A DNA stretch of 64,000 nt from Phoronis australis (Eukaryota > Animalia > Phoronida), in NCBI GenBank assembly GCA_002633005.1, contig NMRA01000518.1:1-64000 (forward strand), written 5' to 3'. Shown in pieces: positions 1 to 12,500 of the stretch; position 1 is the first letter of the stretch, and the number at the start of each line of letters is the position of its first letter. The position numbers and the translations under genes are program-made. Under the pieces are notes generated by a model. That model worked only from the letters and a program-made list of their open reading frames with translations. It was not told the origin of the DNA and did no database searches.

Positions 1-1149
1 TGAGAGCAGTCGAGTCAGTCATTGTTCTACCTCGGTTGTGATAAGTTCGGTGGTCGTTTGCTTTTACTTACGAGTCAGTCAACATGCCACGCTGTTGCTG
101 CGTACTGGGGTGTACTCATTATCGTCTCACGTACAGAGGAAGAACTGTCCCACTTGCCGGAGTGTCCCGCGACACACTCCCACTGGAGGGTGATCTGAGC
201 ACCCAAACTGCTTACATCCCGCCGTGTGACTCCCTCACCACACACCTGGCACCTTCTAAATAGCTCCAATACAAGTCCACAATAAACTTATCAATTAGGC
301 TCACCGATCTGTTCATTGGATGACGAACTGTCCTCTTCACTGGGTGTCGAACTGGGCCTGTATTCACTCCCACTACTCAACATCGCTGCAGGGCTGCTTA
401 CAGGCTCTGGGCTAGAGACAACAGCCGAGGGCGAATCACTGCTAGTTCCCGGAATTGCACGCAATGGGGTACGTTCGGAGGCACGGGTGACAGTAGATGA
501 AGTGCCTCCAGTCACTGTACATAGTGGCCACAGCTCGCGAGGCTTCTCGCTTCAAAAACGCACTTCTCGGGGTTGGCGACGGGGCACTGGTGGGAATCAA
601 CGACGGTTTGCTACCCTTCTTCAGGCGTTGTTTCGCAGGGACTTTCATGAATTCAACGTTCATATCTCTTGTCGTAATCTGGCGGCAGAAAATGCTTGCC
701 ACACACTCGGTAACCCTCCACTGCTTCGTACGTTGCGTGGACGGGTAGCTCTGCGTTCGTCACATGAACGAGCTAGCCATGTACGGCGAAGTGAGTCATC
801 CTTCGGAAAGCGACGCAAGGTACCCAAAGCGCATGTGAGACGATAATGAGTACATCCCGGCACGCAGCAACAGCGTGGCATGTTGACAGACTTGTAAACA
901 AAAGCAAACGACGACCGAACTTATCACAACCGAGGTAGAACAATGACTGACTGGACAGCTCTCACAGTCAGACAGACTATAACGAAAAGAAATTGGCGCG
1001 AAACTCTTGCCTCCCAAAACGTCACTTCCGGAGTAGAGGACGAGAAATTAATCAAATTACGAAAAGCTGTAATTAAGTGAAAAATGTGTCTGGGATAATC
1101 AACGAACCTTATTTTTGCTAAAAGTGACATAAAAAGGTTGCCTTCGCCT
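1..1149 (-). mobile_element. Non-autonomous Kolobok-like DNA transposon (left end outside window) with long inverted repeats
   Basis: 1-130 is an ungapped inverted repeat of 835-964 (10 mismatches by my count). The right end reads ...GGTTGCCTTCGCCT|TTAA (1149|1150-1153), i.e. TTAA-AGG on the minus strand, the TSD/terminus typical of Kolobok/T2 elements. It encloses a THAP-transposase relic. Confidence 0.65.
131..881 (-). pseudogene. Frameshifted THAP-domain transposase N-terminus
   Basis: THAP motifs are split over three frames: MPRCCCVPGC..LRRFPKDDSLRRTWL (from 881), EGYRVCGKHF (~718-689) and QRLKKGSKPSL. A Ser-rich linker follows, then KFIVDL/LELFRRCQVCG...WECVAGHSGKWDSS, which is cut at ~131 by the inverted repeat. 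Confidence 0.8.
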
Positions 1150-1476
1150 TTAAAAACGTAAAGGCTTTCAATGCGTTCCATTTCTCGTACTGAATATTTT
1201 CTGCAAAAGTTGCCAATGTCGCTCCAGTTCTTCCAAAAAATCAAGATACCTATACAACATCTTCAAATCCATCACGAAATGTTGCATGAGTCTGCGATTG
1301 AAGTTATGATGTTATTATACCGCAAGCATAAACATGCGATGATAGAACCAACTTTTGCTTTATTTTTGGTTTCTGAACCGACATGTCAGCTATTTCATAT
1401 TTATTAATTATGATATCAGCTGCCGCTCTTTTACTATTTTCTTTTTACAATTATATATTCTCTCATCTTAAGGTAG

Positions 1477-1682
1477 CATGCGCGCACCCAGGATAAAATA
1501 TAGGGGGGCTCGAATTTTTCGGTAAGCGGACCTTTTACTGAGAGAAATCCACGAGGACTAAACAAAAAAACGGGGCCACTAGGTTCAGGCCCACGTACCG
1601 TTTCACTGAGGCGGACCTTTTTTGCCCAATTCGCAAAATTAGGGGGAGGCTCATTCGAGCCCCCCCCCCGGGTGCGCTCATG
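1477..1682. mobile_element. MITE, 206 bp, 13-bp TIR, 5-bp TSD
   Basis: CATGCGCGCACCC (1477-1489) and GGGTGCGCTCATG (1670-1682) are inverted with one mismatch. Internal IR GGGGGCTCGAAT/ATTCGAGCCCCC. GGTAG is duplicated at 1472-1476 and 1683-1687. Confidence 0.75.
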
Positions 1683-2318
1683 GGTAGCCTGCCCTGGGAA
1701 GGAGTCCTAATGCATTTATTACTGTATGAATTTACCCTGTAAAATTTGCTCATTTATAACAAAATCTTCAAAAAGCGGCCCAGTGGCCAGTAGAACAAAA
1801 ATCGCATTTATCTCAAATAAGAGAACATTTCGAGTATACTTGGACTCGAATTCAGTCTCAGTTAGCATTAAATTGTGTGAGCTATTTACTCAATAATAAT
1901 CAATTTTTCTTTGTAATTATCCTCTACCGGGATTTTCCGTACATGAGCCCACCCAATGAAGCGCCCATGGGCATTTATTCGAAAATTACGTCGAATAAAA
2001 GCCTAAAGGTGTTCCAACCAATGAGATAAATATAAGTATATAGATATATAGCTCCTTGGTTACAACTTCTGGTGTCAAGTGTCCAGGTCATAAAGCGGTC
2101 GCACGCGCTACTGCAGCTGACAACTTGACGCCGTATGGAGAGTGTTAGGGTGTTTCTAGTCACGATGTCTATGGTCCAGATAGTGAGGCGTTTACTAGGA
2201 AAATTTCCTCTTAAAAGTCTTTCTAACGTCAACATTTAGCCACAAATTGAATTTTGAGGGGCATTTATCATTTTTAAAACGAACTAAGTGCTGGAAAACT
2301 ATGTATAAATTAACTGAA

Positions 2319-3750
2319 AACAAGAGCAACGCAGAGCGTTGAAATGCGCCCACAATTGCACCGCATACGGTATCCTTCTAGGGTTGTTTATTGGTACCAT
2401 AAAGTGGCCAGTAGAGGGCATACTTTGCAAAATGGAAAGGCATGGTCATTGTCTCCTCAATAGGCTAGGGGCAAAATGTGAGTAATCTTCATAATACAAG
2501 CACATCCTATACACCAGTTGCTTAAAGCACCACAGAAACATAGAATTAAAAACAAATTTACCAACATACGAGATTAGCACAGCATTAGAATGCCAGAAAC
2601 AAATTTCTACTTGGAACTTTTCCTTCACAGTCACGAAGTAACACAAAGTATACACCTNNNNNNNNNNNNNNNNNNNNNNNNNNNNNNNNNNNNNNNNNNN
2701 NNNNNNNNNNNNNNNNNNNNNNNNNNNNNNNNNNNNNNNNNNNNNNNNNNNNNNNNNNNNNNNNNNNNNNNNNNNNNNNNNNNNNNNNNNNNNNNNNNNN
2801 NNNNNNNNNATACATGCCAATTTTCACAATCATCCTTTGAGCGGTTTGGTTGATAGGGGGGTGGACGCACAAAAACAGACTCGAAAACACTAAAAATGGC
2901 CACTAGGTGGCGCAGACTATGTTGAATCCATCTGAAAACGGGAGGATAGCGTTATCTCACTAATAGGTGCCTACATACCAAATTTCATGAAAATCCAATA
3001 AGGACTTGTGAAGATACAAAGGTAAGCGTAAAAAAATTAAAATTGCCACTAGGGGGCACACCGGTAGTCGGATCCGTCCAAAAGTCGTCATCTTCCGTTG
3101 TTAACATCATATAAATATACCTACACAATTTCGTAAAGATCCTGCAAACGGTTTAGGAGATACAGCCATAGGCGCAAAAAAACTGCCACTAGGAGGCGCC
3201 ACAGTAGTCGAAATCGTCGGAAAATCATCGTCAACCGTCCTCTACATAGTAAGCACATACATGCCAATTTTCACAATCATCCTTTGAGCGGTTTGGTTGA
3301 TAGAGGGGTGGAAGCACAAAAACAGACTCGAAAACACTAAAAATGGCCACTAGGTGGCGCCAACTATGTCGAATCCATCCGAAAACGGCAGGATAGCGTC
3401 ATCTCACTACTAGGTGCCTACATACCAAATTTCATGAAAATCCGTTCAGGACTTTTGAAGATACAAAGGTAAGCGTAAAAAACTTAAATTGCCACTAGGG
3501 GGCACACCGGTAGTCGGATCCGTCCGAAAGTTCGCACATGCCGTCCCATTCATGAATGGAACATATGTCCCAAATTTCATGAACGTATGTCAAAGGGTTT
3601 TGGAGATAGAGCAGCGGACGCCGGACGCCAGACGCCGGACGCCGGACGGACGCCGCCCGGACGGACGGACGGACGGACGGACGGACGGACGGACGGACAG
3701 AGATGACGGCATAATGCGTCCACATATAAATATGTGGGCGCATAATTAAA
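2319..3750 (-). mobile_element. Helentron-associated non-autonomous element (HINE/DINE-1-like), copy 1
   Basis: Read on the minus strand: T-run, subTIR ATGCGCCCACA with adjacent IR (3714-3743), (GTCC)n microsatellite (~3657-3700), ~149-bp core repeats, second subTIR (2344-2354), terminal hairpin CAACGC-AGA-GCGTTG (2327-2341), then CTCTTGTT. Confidence 0.8.
2658..2809. other. Assembly gap (152 N) inside the tandem core of the HINE
   Basis: Run of N. Confidence 1.
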
Positions 3751-4509
3751 AAGCACAGCCGAGGTGATGACTTTCCGTTTACACGCACCCTTTTCCTAAT
3801 GAACGCCGGGGCGTTTATTTTGTGTTACTGAAACAAACGCCTGAAAATTTTCATTTTCCGAATACAAGCCCATGAGCATATCTACTTAAAATCTTGGTGA
3901 GCCGAAATTCCTACGTCATAGATTTTTTCCATCAGGTGGCACCACTAACTTACGTTTCGGTTTTGAACTCGGTGAGGTGTTGGATTAGCATTTGAACTCA
4001 ATTGCCAATATTACTTGTTATCTCATCTGCGAGGTTGTGACTCACTCTACTGGATATCCTCCTATGTCATGCACCACTTCTTACCGTTTCACATAATTAA
4101 ATTTACCAAAATTACCAAGTAAAACTAGTTAACTAAGTCTCATTAAGCGTTGCACTATTTTTAGTCAATCAAAAGTTGGTCAGTTAGTAATGTCAGTAAT
4201 ACGGAAAACGACATTGCAGCCTTTGTCATATAAAACATTTGAACAAGAAAGCCGGACCAATAAACACCAAACACCTTTTCTGTGTTGTGAAGGGCCATGA
4301 GAAGTGTCTGACAGCTTGGTTGTTGAATTTCATATTACCCGTTTTTTGTTTTTCATCTTCGTTTTGCCATCACGCCCCGCATCGTCATAAAAGTTCGTGA
4401 AATTTGTGACCTGCACATTCCCAAACTAGTTTCAATCCAAGGTTTAGATCACTCATATTCTAGCAGTAAAGAATTCCGTTGAGAAATATTATAGACTGCG
4501 GTCGCTTAC

Positions 4510-4517
4510 TATAAAAG
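4510..4517 (+). promoter_or_regulatory. Candidate TATA box in a CpG-retaining region upstream of the putative first exon
   Basis: TATAAAAG consensus within a visibly CpG-rich stretch (~3.75-5.4 kb). The TSS cannot be located from sequence alone. Confidence 0.25.
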
Positions 4518-4909
4518 GGGACACAGGCGAATGCACTGGCGGAAAAGAGACGTGCCTTTGCGAAAATAATGTTTAATTTAATGAGAAATGTTTCTGTTTT
4601 GAAAACAAAAACAGGCCATGGGACATGCCCATTTTGCTTCATCGACTCGTGATGTCGCCTGGCCGGAGCCAGAATCACAACGACAGCAGCACCCGGTCTG
4701 GAGTACAAGTGACACCAGTTTCGCTTGCTCTCACTTGTGACAACATCTCACTTGTTGCATGTGTGACACCGTTCTTTAAGTCGGGAATATCTATTCTACA
4801 TTATAGCAACGTTACACAAGTTGTTCCTCGGATGTAGCTTCTTGAGAATTTATTAATCATATTGTCCTAATTTCTCGTCCTGCGTCCTTCAAAGCGCTCC
4901 CCTTTCACT

Positions 4910-4922
4910 GGGTCAAAGGTTA
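4910..4922 (+). promoter_or_regulatory. DR1-type nuclear-receptor element (GGGTCA-A-AGGTTA)
   Basis: Two RGGTCA-like half sites spaced by 1 nt, about 40 bp upstream of the putative ATG. Confidence 0.25.
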
Positions 4923-4962
4923 GAGCCACTTGCATTTGCCCGACCGTGGTGAGCAGACGTTG

Positions 4963-4975
4963 ATGGCTAACTCTG
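4963..4975 (+). CDS. PAPLN: Putative papilin exon 1, coding part (MANS-G)
   Basis: ATG GCT AAC TCT G|GTGAGT is a strong phase-1 donor that matches the phase-1 acceptor at 32155 (giving MANSGGGGHNTMTYRVL...). It sits at the edge of the CpG-rich region. The link across 27 kb is inferred. Confidence 0.4.
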
Positions 4976-7900
4976 GTGAGTTCCTTAAATTCCTCCAAGT
5001 TACCTCCTGCTAAATAAGTTCTGTTCACTTTTTATTTCTTTCAAATGCTTCGGTGCTCCAATTTTCAAGTAATTTATTTTACAAAATAAGATGAGGTATT
5101 ACTTTTGGTTTAAAAAAACTTTTCATTCTTATTTCATTATGTTAGGCCTACAAGTGGGCCATTTTTAACCTTCTAGTGATTTACGGACTGGCAAAACGCG
5201 TTGATCGTCTGGGATTAGACAAGTTTGAAATTTGCGTCTGACGAAGTTAAGTTACAACAGGCTGACGAGTGAATTCGCTGGTAGGGCTACTAAGGACCGT
5301 TGGTAATTTTCGTGAAACTACACGTGCACGTTACTAATGATTCATTTCGTGTTTGTCGTCCAGTGTCAATTTTATTTTGTTGATTGAAAAATTCCTCTGC
5401 GCCGGGTCTTCATTTTTGTGCAAAACAAGTCAGATTTTTTAAGACAGCGAGAGGAACTTGTCATAAGAGAGGTGGGGCAAGGGGGGGGGGGGGGCTGNCA
5501 CGATCAAAAATGTTCGGTCAACATGATGTGTCCAGGGCTTAGGCCTACAGAACATTTCCCTGTTACGCCATCCTAGATCTGCCAGTGCTGATGAGGTGGT
5601 GAAACTGAAATCACCTGTTTGGTCATATTTTTTTGATATTAATTTGTGGTGGAGTAAATTTGCCTTGCGAGGAAAGTTCGTGTGGTCGTTTTATTGAAAC
5701 AAAGAAGTCAGCTGTGTAAGTCAGGGTGTCTTCCAGTGCCAGGCTTTTATTTTTTTTTGAATGTACTTAGACTTTATTTTCAGTGGTCTACACGAGCCAC
5801 TCTAATTCCTTCTACTTGCCTGAGTACTTCTGCTCCTATATGTTACCAGTTGAGTAGGAGCTACCTCTTGCCGTTATGGCTTTGTGCAATTAAATATTTA
5901 TTTTATCTGAACATTTAACAATGCTACAAGTAGTGGGAAACTTTTCTGGGACAATTTTAAAAACTAAATGATGAGGATCTGAATATCATTTTATTTGCGG
6001 TTAATATTACCACACATTTCCTGGCAACTTCTCCTCTTATCCTGAATCATGTTGACCCTGTTATGTAATCTATTACTCACTCTTACACACCAATGAATGA
6101 CACTAATGTTGATTTCAATGCTGGGCATGTTGATGCTTCTGACTGCAGGCATTTCTCTGTTGGTTCAGTTATCATTTGGCTGTGGCTTCTTGCAGTTGTT
6201 TTGATTCCTGTGTTTAATTTGACTACAGGATGTAACCAAGAGTATGTTGTTGGGACATGCCTATGTAACTAAATCTTTATTGATCGGAAGCAGATATGAA
6301 GCACTGCCTATAATTTGATTTCAAGGTAAACAAGTGTACTCAAAGACTATCACTCCATATTGGAAATATTAATTCAATAGACCATCTGCACATTTGGTCA
6401 ACTTCCTGAATTGCATTTTTTTCAGTTTCATCCTTGTACAGTCCTAGGTGACTAAATAATTACCAAACGACAACTGCAAATGGCCTTGACATAAAAAGAG
6501 ATTGAAAAATTGAAAAAAAAACTTGGATGCAAAATACAGCAAAGAAGTACTTTTTGATAGGGATTTCTTCTTCTGATAAAAAGGATAACGTGAAAGTTTT
6601 TATTGTTGAGAATTTGAGATCAACCTCAAAATGAATTTGAGCCTCCAACCTGAAGTAAAAGTCAGTTTTGAAAGTGTCCTATTATTTAAATATTATTTAA
6701 CTGTAAAGGCACCAGCTTCAATTTCAGTTATTTGTATTGAATAACTGGACGCCAATGTCATGAATAGGTAATTTCAAATAAAACGACAAAAAGAAAACAT
6801 ATCTTGCTGTTTTATAGCTCTGGTCAAATAATCAATAATTTCAAAATACATTTTCCGGCCCTAAAACCCCTGGAGCCGAGTCGCCATAAAATTAGAATAT
6901 CTGTTTATGCAAAACACCCAGTACCTAGGTCATGCCACCCACATTGTCTAGGTTAGTTCTATTTGACATTAACAAGTACTTCAACATCTAAATCTCAATG
7001 AAACTTCACATCCCCCTTTGTTGATAATTCGAATTCTTGACATGCTTACAAAGTGTCCTGATACACACCTCTTACTACTGCTGGTTGCCTTTTCTGTTTA
7101 CCTCAAGTGTCTTCAACCATTTTTATGTTTGACCACCATAGGTGTGTGTTTAATTCTGGCATGGGTAATTATATACAGAAATGTGGTTTGGAAATATATC
7201 AGAACATGTTTTGTCCTTATAGACATGTTTTGATGCCTGTCCTGCTTGGGGTATTATAAATTTTTCATGTAACAATTTGCATGATGATCTGATTTTAACA
7301 AAATGTTGATAAAAAATTATCATTTTGTGGTAGTTCTAATTTTTGGGCCTCTGTAAAAAGAGAAATGGTGACTTCATTGTTCATTTTCAATGGAAGAAAT
7401 AAAAACCTTTTTGCACAATTTTGGCAATTCTAACAGGTATTAGTATGTCTGAAAATTTGATTAATCTCCTAATACCTTTCTTAAGCTCAGTTACAAAATA
7501 AGGTGATTTCACTTGGGTCAGTAAGTACCTTCTTCAAGCACACAAGTAAGAAACAAACCAGGTTTATTACCCAGTAGTTACATAAATGGTTTTAACACTG
7601 TTAACTGAAGCAAAAACAGTCATTATCATTCAGTGTAAGGAAATAAAGCAACAGGTTACCATTAACTCACAGCAGTCAGGACTGACTTCACACTCTTTTG
7701 TTCAGATCAGCAGACTGTTGCTTTCTGTCAGTTGGGTGATGTCACACCACAAAATTATCCATTGGCTGGGTCTGACACAAAGACTTCCAACAGAGTTGCT
7801 TTTAATGCCTCTGTTCAGTTTGAGTTTCTCTGCAGGTACATGTGCTTTTGCTGGCTGGACACTAATAAAGGTCAGTTTGATTTTTTGGTGATTTTAGCTA

Positions 7901-9431
7901 ACTAGCATTACATTTCAAAGCTGTTTTAGGTTCAAGTTAGCTCATGAGGTTTGGGGTTGTGGCTTTGAATTTGGAAATCTTAAAATTGTTTTTGGCAGAT
8001 CAGTGTTGACTGAAACTGGATACATTTAGTTGAAGAGAATGGACAGGCCTCATGCCTGAGGTGGGGGTCCTAATGATTTAACTTTTGGATCCACTTGAGT
8101 TACAGTATGGCATTCCTGTTATTGGAGCTCCAAAGACATAATTGTTGGGAGATTTATTTCCATTCTTTTGTTAGATGGGATTGTGCGGCTTAAGATCTAG
8201 CTTTTGCCATTAACAAAATCTCATTTACGAAATCGCAAATGTTTCCCGATATAGCTTTTTGGTTTCAATTTTGCCGGTTAAGCTTCCAGAGTAGAGTAAA
8301 ATTGCCTCTATTAACCTTACAGTAAGGTCAAAATGGGGTGGATAGGGATAGTGATAAATAACGTGAAAATCTTCTAACCAACATGGTAGGTTAAGTTGGG
8401 GCCCCTAAAATAACTCGTTGAAACTTGTGTGATGAGGAGATTTTTCCACTGCACTATCTGTAGTGAGATATCTCCGGGTTTCTACCTCCTATGTCATTTA
8501 AGTGTTACTAGAATATGGGGGAGGCTGAAATTTGAGTTGACTCATAAAACTTTGTTTATTCTTGCTTTCGGTTTCTGTCAAAAAATTGTGTCTTTTGTGT
8601 GTCCCTTTTTCCATATGAGTTTGAAATTTGAAAATTCCTAAATTTAACACCCTCTGCAAAGTATTGGATTTTCACTTTTTCTGTAGCTTTTTACGTGACC
8701 CATTTTGATTTTTTAACACGGTAGCAGGCGTAGATCCTATTTGGGAATAGACTGGCTTTCCAAGTGGAGACTGTTCACTTATGACACGCCTTTCTTAGTG
8801 TACTGGTTTCATCACTACTAGACTAAAGTACATGAACCACCACTAGCCTTGTCCTTGATGAAGTTAGTGTTTAAACATTGGCTATGTAATGTGCTTAATT
8901 GGATTATGATAATTAACAAATTAATCCTTGCTGTACCCAGGGAAATGTTATGAGTAATTAGCTTTGAAGACAGTGGTCCAGGGTCTGAGTAAATATTCTC
9001 ACAAGAAAGTTGGAAGCCTATTAATTAGAAACTGCTGTGTGAGAGACATTTTATAGGAGCAAGAAGACATTACCAAGAAGGGAGAACTGTTTGAAGGTAT
9101 CCGAGTGTGTTTTTGATTGTGATTTCAAAAGGAACTGTTGTCAGCAATCTAAGCATTGTAATCAATAAAGTTGTTGAATTCTGAGCCCACAAAATATCAA
9201 TTTGGTGCCAAAGGTCACACATTAGTGTCACTGGGTCTCTCTGAATGTGACATGGTTTAGCTCTACAGTCTGACAGAAGGAGCTTTTCCCAGACAAAATC
9301 ATGGGCAAAAGTTTGTGAACTATAAGCTCATAATTTAAGTCTCTCCGATTGGTCATTTCTTCATCATTTTTTGATGGAAAAGTTACATTTTAATCAACCA
9401 GTAACATCATTTGAGTAAGTTTCAGTCTGGT

Positions 9432-9583
9432 GTACCACAGATATGATAGGAATACCATAATAATATATCTTTGGGACAATTGAGTACCACAGATATAATA
9501 GGAATACCATAATAACGTTATCTTTGGGACAATCGAGTACCACAGATATGATACGAATACCATAATAATATCTTTGGGACAAT
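9432..9583. repeat. Minisatellite, ~52-53 bp x3
   Basis: GTACCACAGATATGATAGGAATACCATAATAA...TCTTTGGGACAAT at 9432, 9484 and 9537. Confidence 0.95.
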
Positions 9584-12500
9584 CCAGTTGATATGGACTT
9601 TGGAAACTCTGGATAACTTTTGATATGCAAATGAAAATGTATTTGATTACTGCGCCATCTAAACGCCAGTGGTATCATTGACTCTTGTATTGGAATTTTC
9701 GATAGCATGCAGTGAAACAAAGTCCAGATTTTCAAAGCATAATTACGCTTATCGCAAGCCATAAAACAAAGTAACTGACTGCATTCTGTGAACAAAAGTC
9801 TACTCTTTCAAATGACATTAATTATTTTCTTCTCTGTTAAATTGCACTACAGTACTTTTTCAGAACAAACAACAAAAAAGTCATTGAGCTTCTTGACCTT
9901 TCCTGGGTATGTCGTCCTTAAAGGAGGTATATGGGCAGAACAGCCACATCCCAAATTAAACTCTCCTCTTTTGTAGAGGTAGAAAAGACATTGTATGATT
10001 GCAATGCACTCTCCATGATATGTTTTAAGGTGTGATGGGACTACTATTTTCTGGATAAAAATTCTCTGTATTGGTATGGAGAAAGCTAATGATACCACTA
10101 AAGGTGTTTTCCCATTAATGTGTGTGCTTCTGTGTTTTTGGGAACCATCAGTTTCAGAGGACGCCCGAAATCCACTCTTGGACCGAAGTTAAAAAGTTCT
10201 GCTAGTTTACTTAACAGTTAGCTGATAGATTTACCAGCGAAGTGATAATGTGTTTAAACAATGTGACCGCCTAAGTTAAGCATCATGGAAGTTATCGGCA
10301 ATTGCCGATGGTAATTGCTCATATTTAGCACCACCTTGTGTTAACTTTGATGATGACAGCGCCACTTAGTCCAGTGTCTTTTAATTACTGAAGTTGATGG
10401 AAAAATCTCCACTAAATTTGGAGTTAACATTGGCATAGTAACGAAATTAGAATTATATCGGCTCAGAAGTGACAGCACAGGGCATTTTATTTTTCAAAGG
10501 GACTGAAAACTGTCCCTTGACTGTATTCACTGCCAACAGAGGTTGCTTGTTTGGCGCAATGTGAGACTAGAAATTCGATTTTATTTTTAGAATTTAAAAG
10601 CCAACTTTGGTGGCCACCCATTTCCTTGTAAGCTTCCTTTGACAAAGTACAGACTGCCTGAACACTTGCCCAATGAAATTCTGTTATCTATTTTATGGTC
10701 ATTTCACCAATTTCTCTGCTATCTATTCAGTTGTGCTAGAGAGTGACCAACCACATTGACAGCCTTTTGGAATATGTATTTATACTGTGAACTGCTGCAA
10801 GTAGTGCAACTACAAGGTAAGGAATTAAATGTTTTATTGGTGAAAAGCATGACAAGTATGTACTCAACATCTGTTTTTTGAAAGTAGGTTAAAGCACCTA
10901 TAAACCGACCTTCCGTCACAAAAAAGAACTTTTGATTTGCAGTTAAATCTCACCAATTTCGGATAAAAATAATCAAGATTGCCTTTTTAATTTTCAAGAT
11001 CTCCTTACTTTGGGTATGCCCTCAATTTTTCGAGATATTGCCAGGTAGTAAATGTTGTATAGATCTGGAAGCAGAAGCGTTAATAATATCTTTATGGAAA
11101 AACTGAGAATAGAAAACTTCACTTGTCTGCCATATTGTAGACTACTTACATTATTGTGAAATTAGTCTCAAATTGCTCTTGAACTTGTCAACTTATTCAA
11201 AGCTGCGTTTCGCCCTGTTTAGCTAGCTTAAATAACGATAACTGCTTTCACTGAGGGGTTTATACAAAATTACAAATCTGGGAATCCAAATTTCCAAAAA
11301 AAAAATTGACTGCACACGCCTAATGTGCCCGCCAGCGCTCTTAGGGTTGGCTAACTCCAATACTGTCTGAAGTGTTTTTTGAGTCCTTGGTGTTTTCAAT
11401 GTTCTTATTGGTAACGGAAATCAATTTATCAGGGTAAGGCATATTATGCGAGTAAAAGGTCTAATCCCATATTCTGCACTCCTGCCAAGTACCGCTCTTC
11501 TTAGCCGTGAGGTAAGATTATAGCGACGGACACATTTTCACAATGGCTTCGGCTGATCGAGCTTCAGAATCGTCAAGAAGAGGTGAAATATGACATCCCG
11601 CATCCATAGATATTTATGCAGCTGATTCCACTTCTTTGAAACGGCATTGCTACGCACGGCACAACAGTAATATGTTCCCAGTATTCAGCTGACAGATGCT
11701 AACATGTGAATCTCCGTAGGAGCGAAAGCGAGGCTGCTGACCTGCATGCCATATCTGGAGGTGTGCCACTATTTCGTACCTCATGCCATAGGAGAGCGAT
11801 CATTCTGGAATATTCCTATTCAACATCTGTTAGTTGAATATAAGTTGAAATGGTTATAAGCCCACCTTCCATCACAGAAGGACTTGCTGTTGTGAATTTG
11901 GTCTCAAAATGTATTCTTGTGTAAAATTAACATTTGAGGTTATTTCAAGGCTGCTGTTACTACTTGAGACCATGGTCTTCAAGTTAGCGTGTCACAGCGT
12001 GTCATTTTATGCACTAAGCGTGGCCTCGAGGAATAACAAATTTCCAGTTCTTTTGAAATCCATTGGCCAGAAGTCATTTCTCATCTGAGACTGAGTACGG
12101 AACAAGTTAAGGCAGAGTTTGCTTCTTGGGTCCAACACTGGTTTATTAGTTGCTTTAAAACTATTTTTTTCGCACAGACGTTGAAAATTGTTCTCATACT
12201 TGTGAGGCAATTTTGCACATTTCATTTACAAAAAATACATGAATGTTTTCTGAAGAAACATTTTCTGCCAAATCTTCAAAACTACATTTTGTCTGCTTTT
12301 TTCATTGTTCTCAACCGTTGTTTTGTTGTAAATTACTGTGGTTGTCTCCATTTGTGCACTTTCAACATGTTTTGGTTTTCAATTGCAAAGAACACAGATT
12401 ACCATTTATGTTAAAGCAATCTACAATCTGTAGGAACTGTCAACACATTCCCAACACTCACTTAGCCTGCTAGAAATATAACTCAGTTTCACATGCCATG

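Noticed and set aside
316-846. 176-aa plus-strand ORF
   Set aside because: Antisense shadow of the GC-rich THAP relic; no recognisable motifs.
3489-3788. ORFs with RTDG or SVRP repeats
   Set aside because: Translation of the (GGAC)n microsatellite of the HINE.
9432-9583. Regularly spaced repeats as a CRISPR-like array (also the ~149-bp HINE units)
   Set aside because: Units are tandem with no unique spacers, the context is eukaryotic intronic or TE sequence, and there are no cas genes.
11540-11770. CpG-rich patch with faint THAP-like fragments (TVICSQY, KARLL)
   Set aside because: Too degenerate; the Cys/His ligands cannot be recovered.
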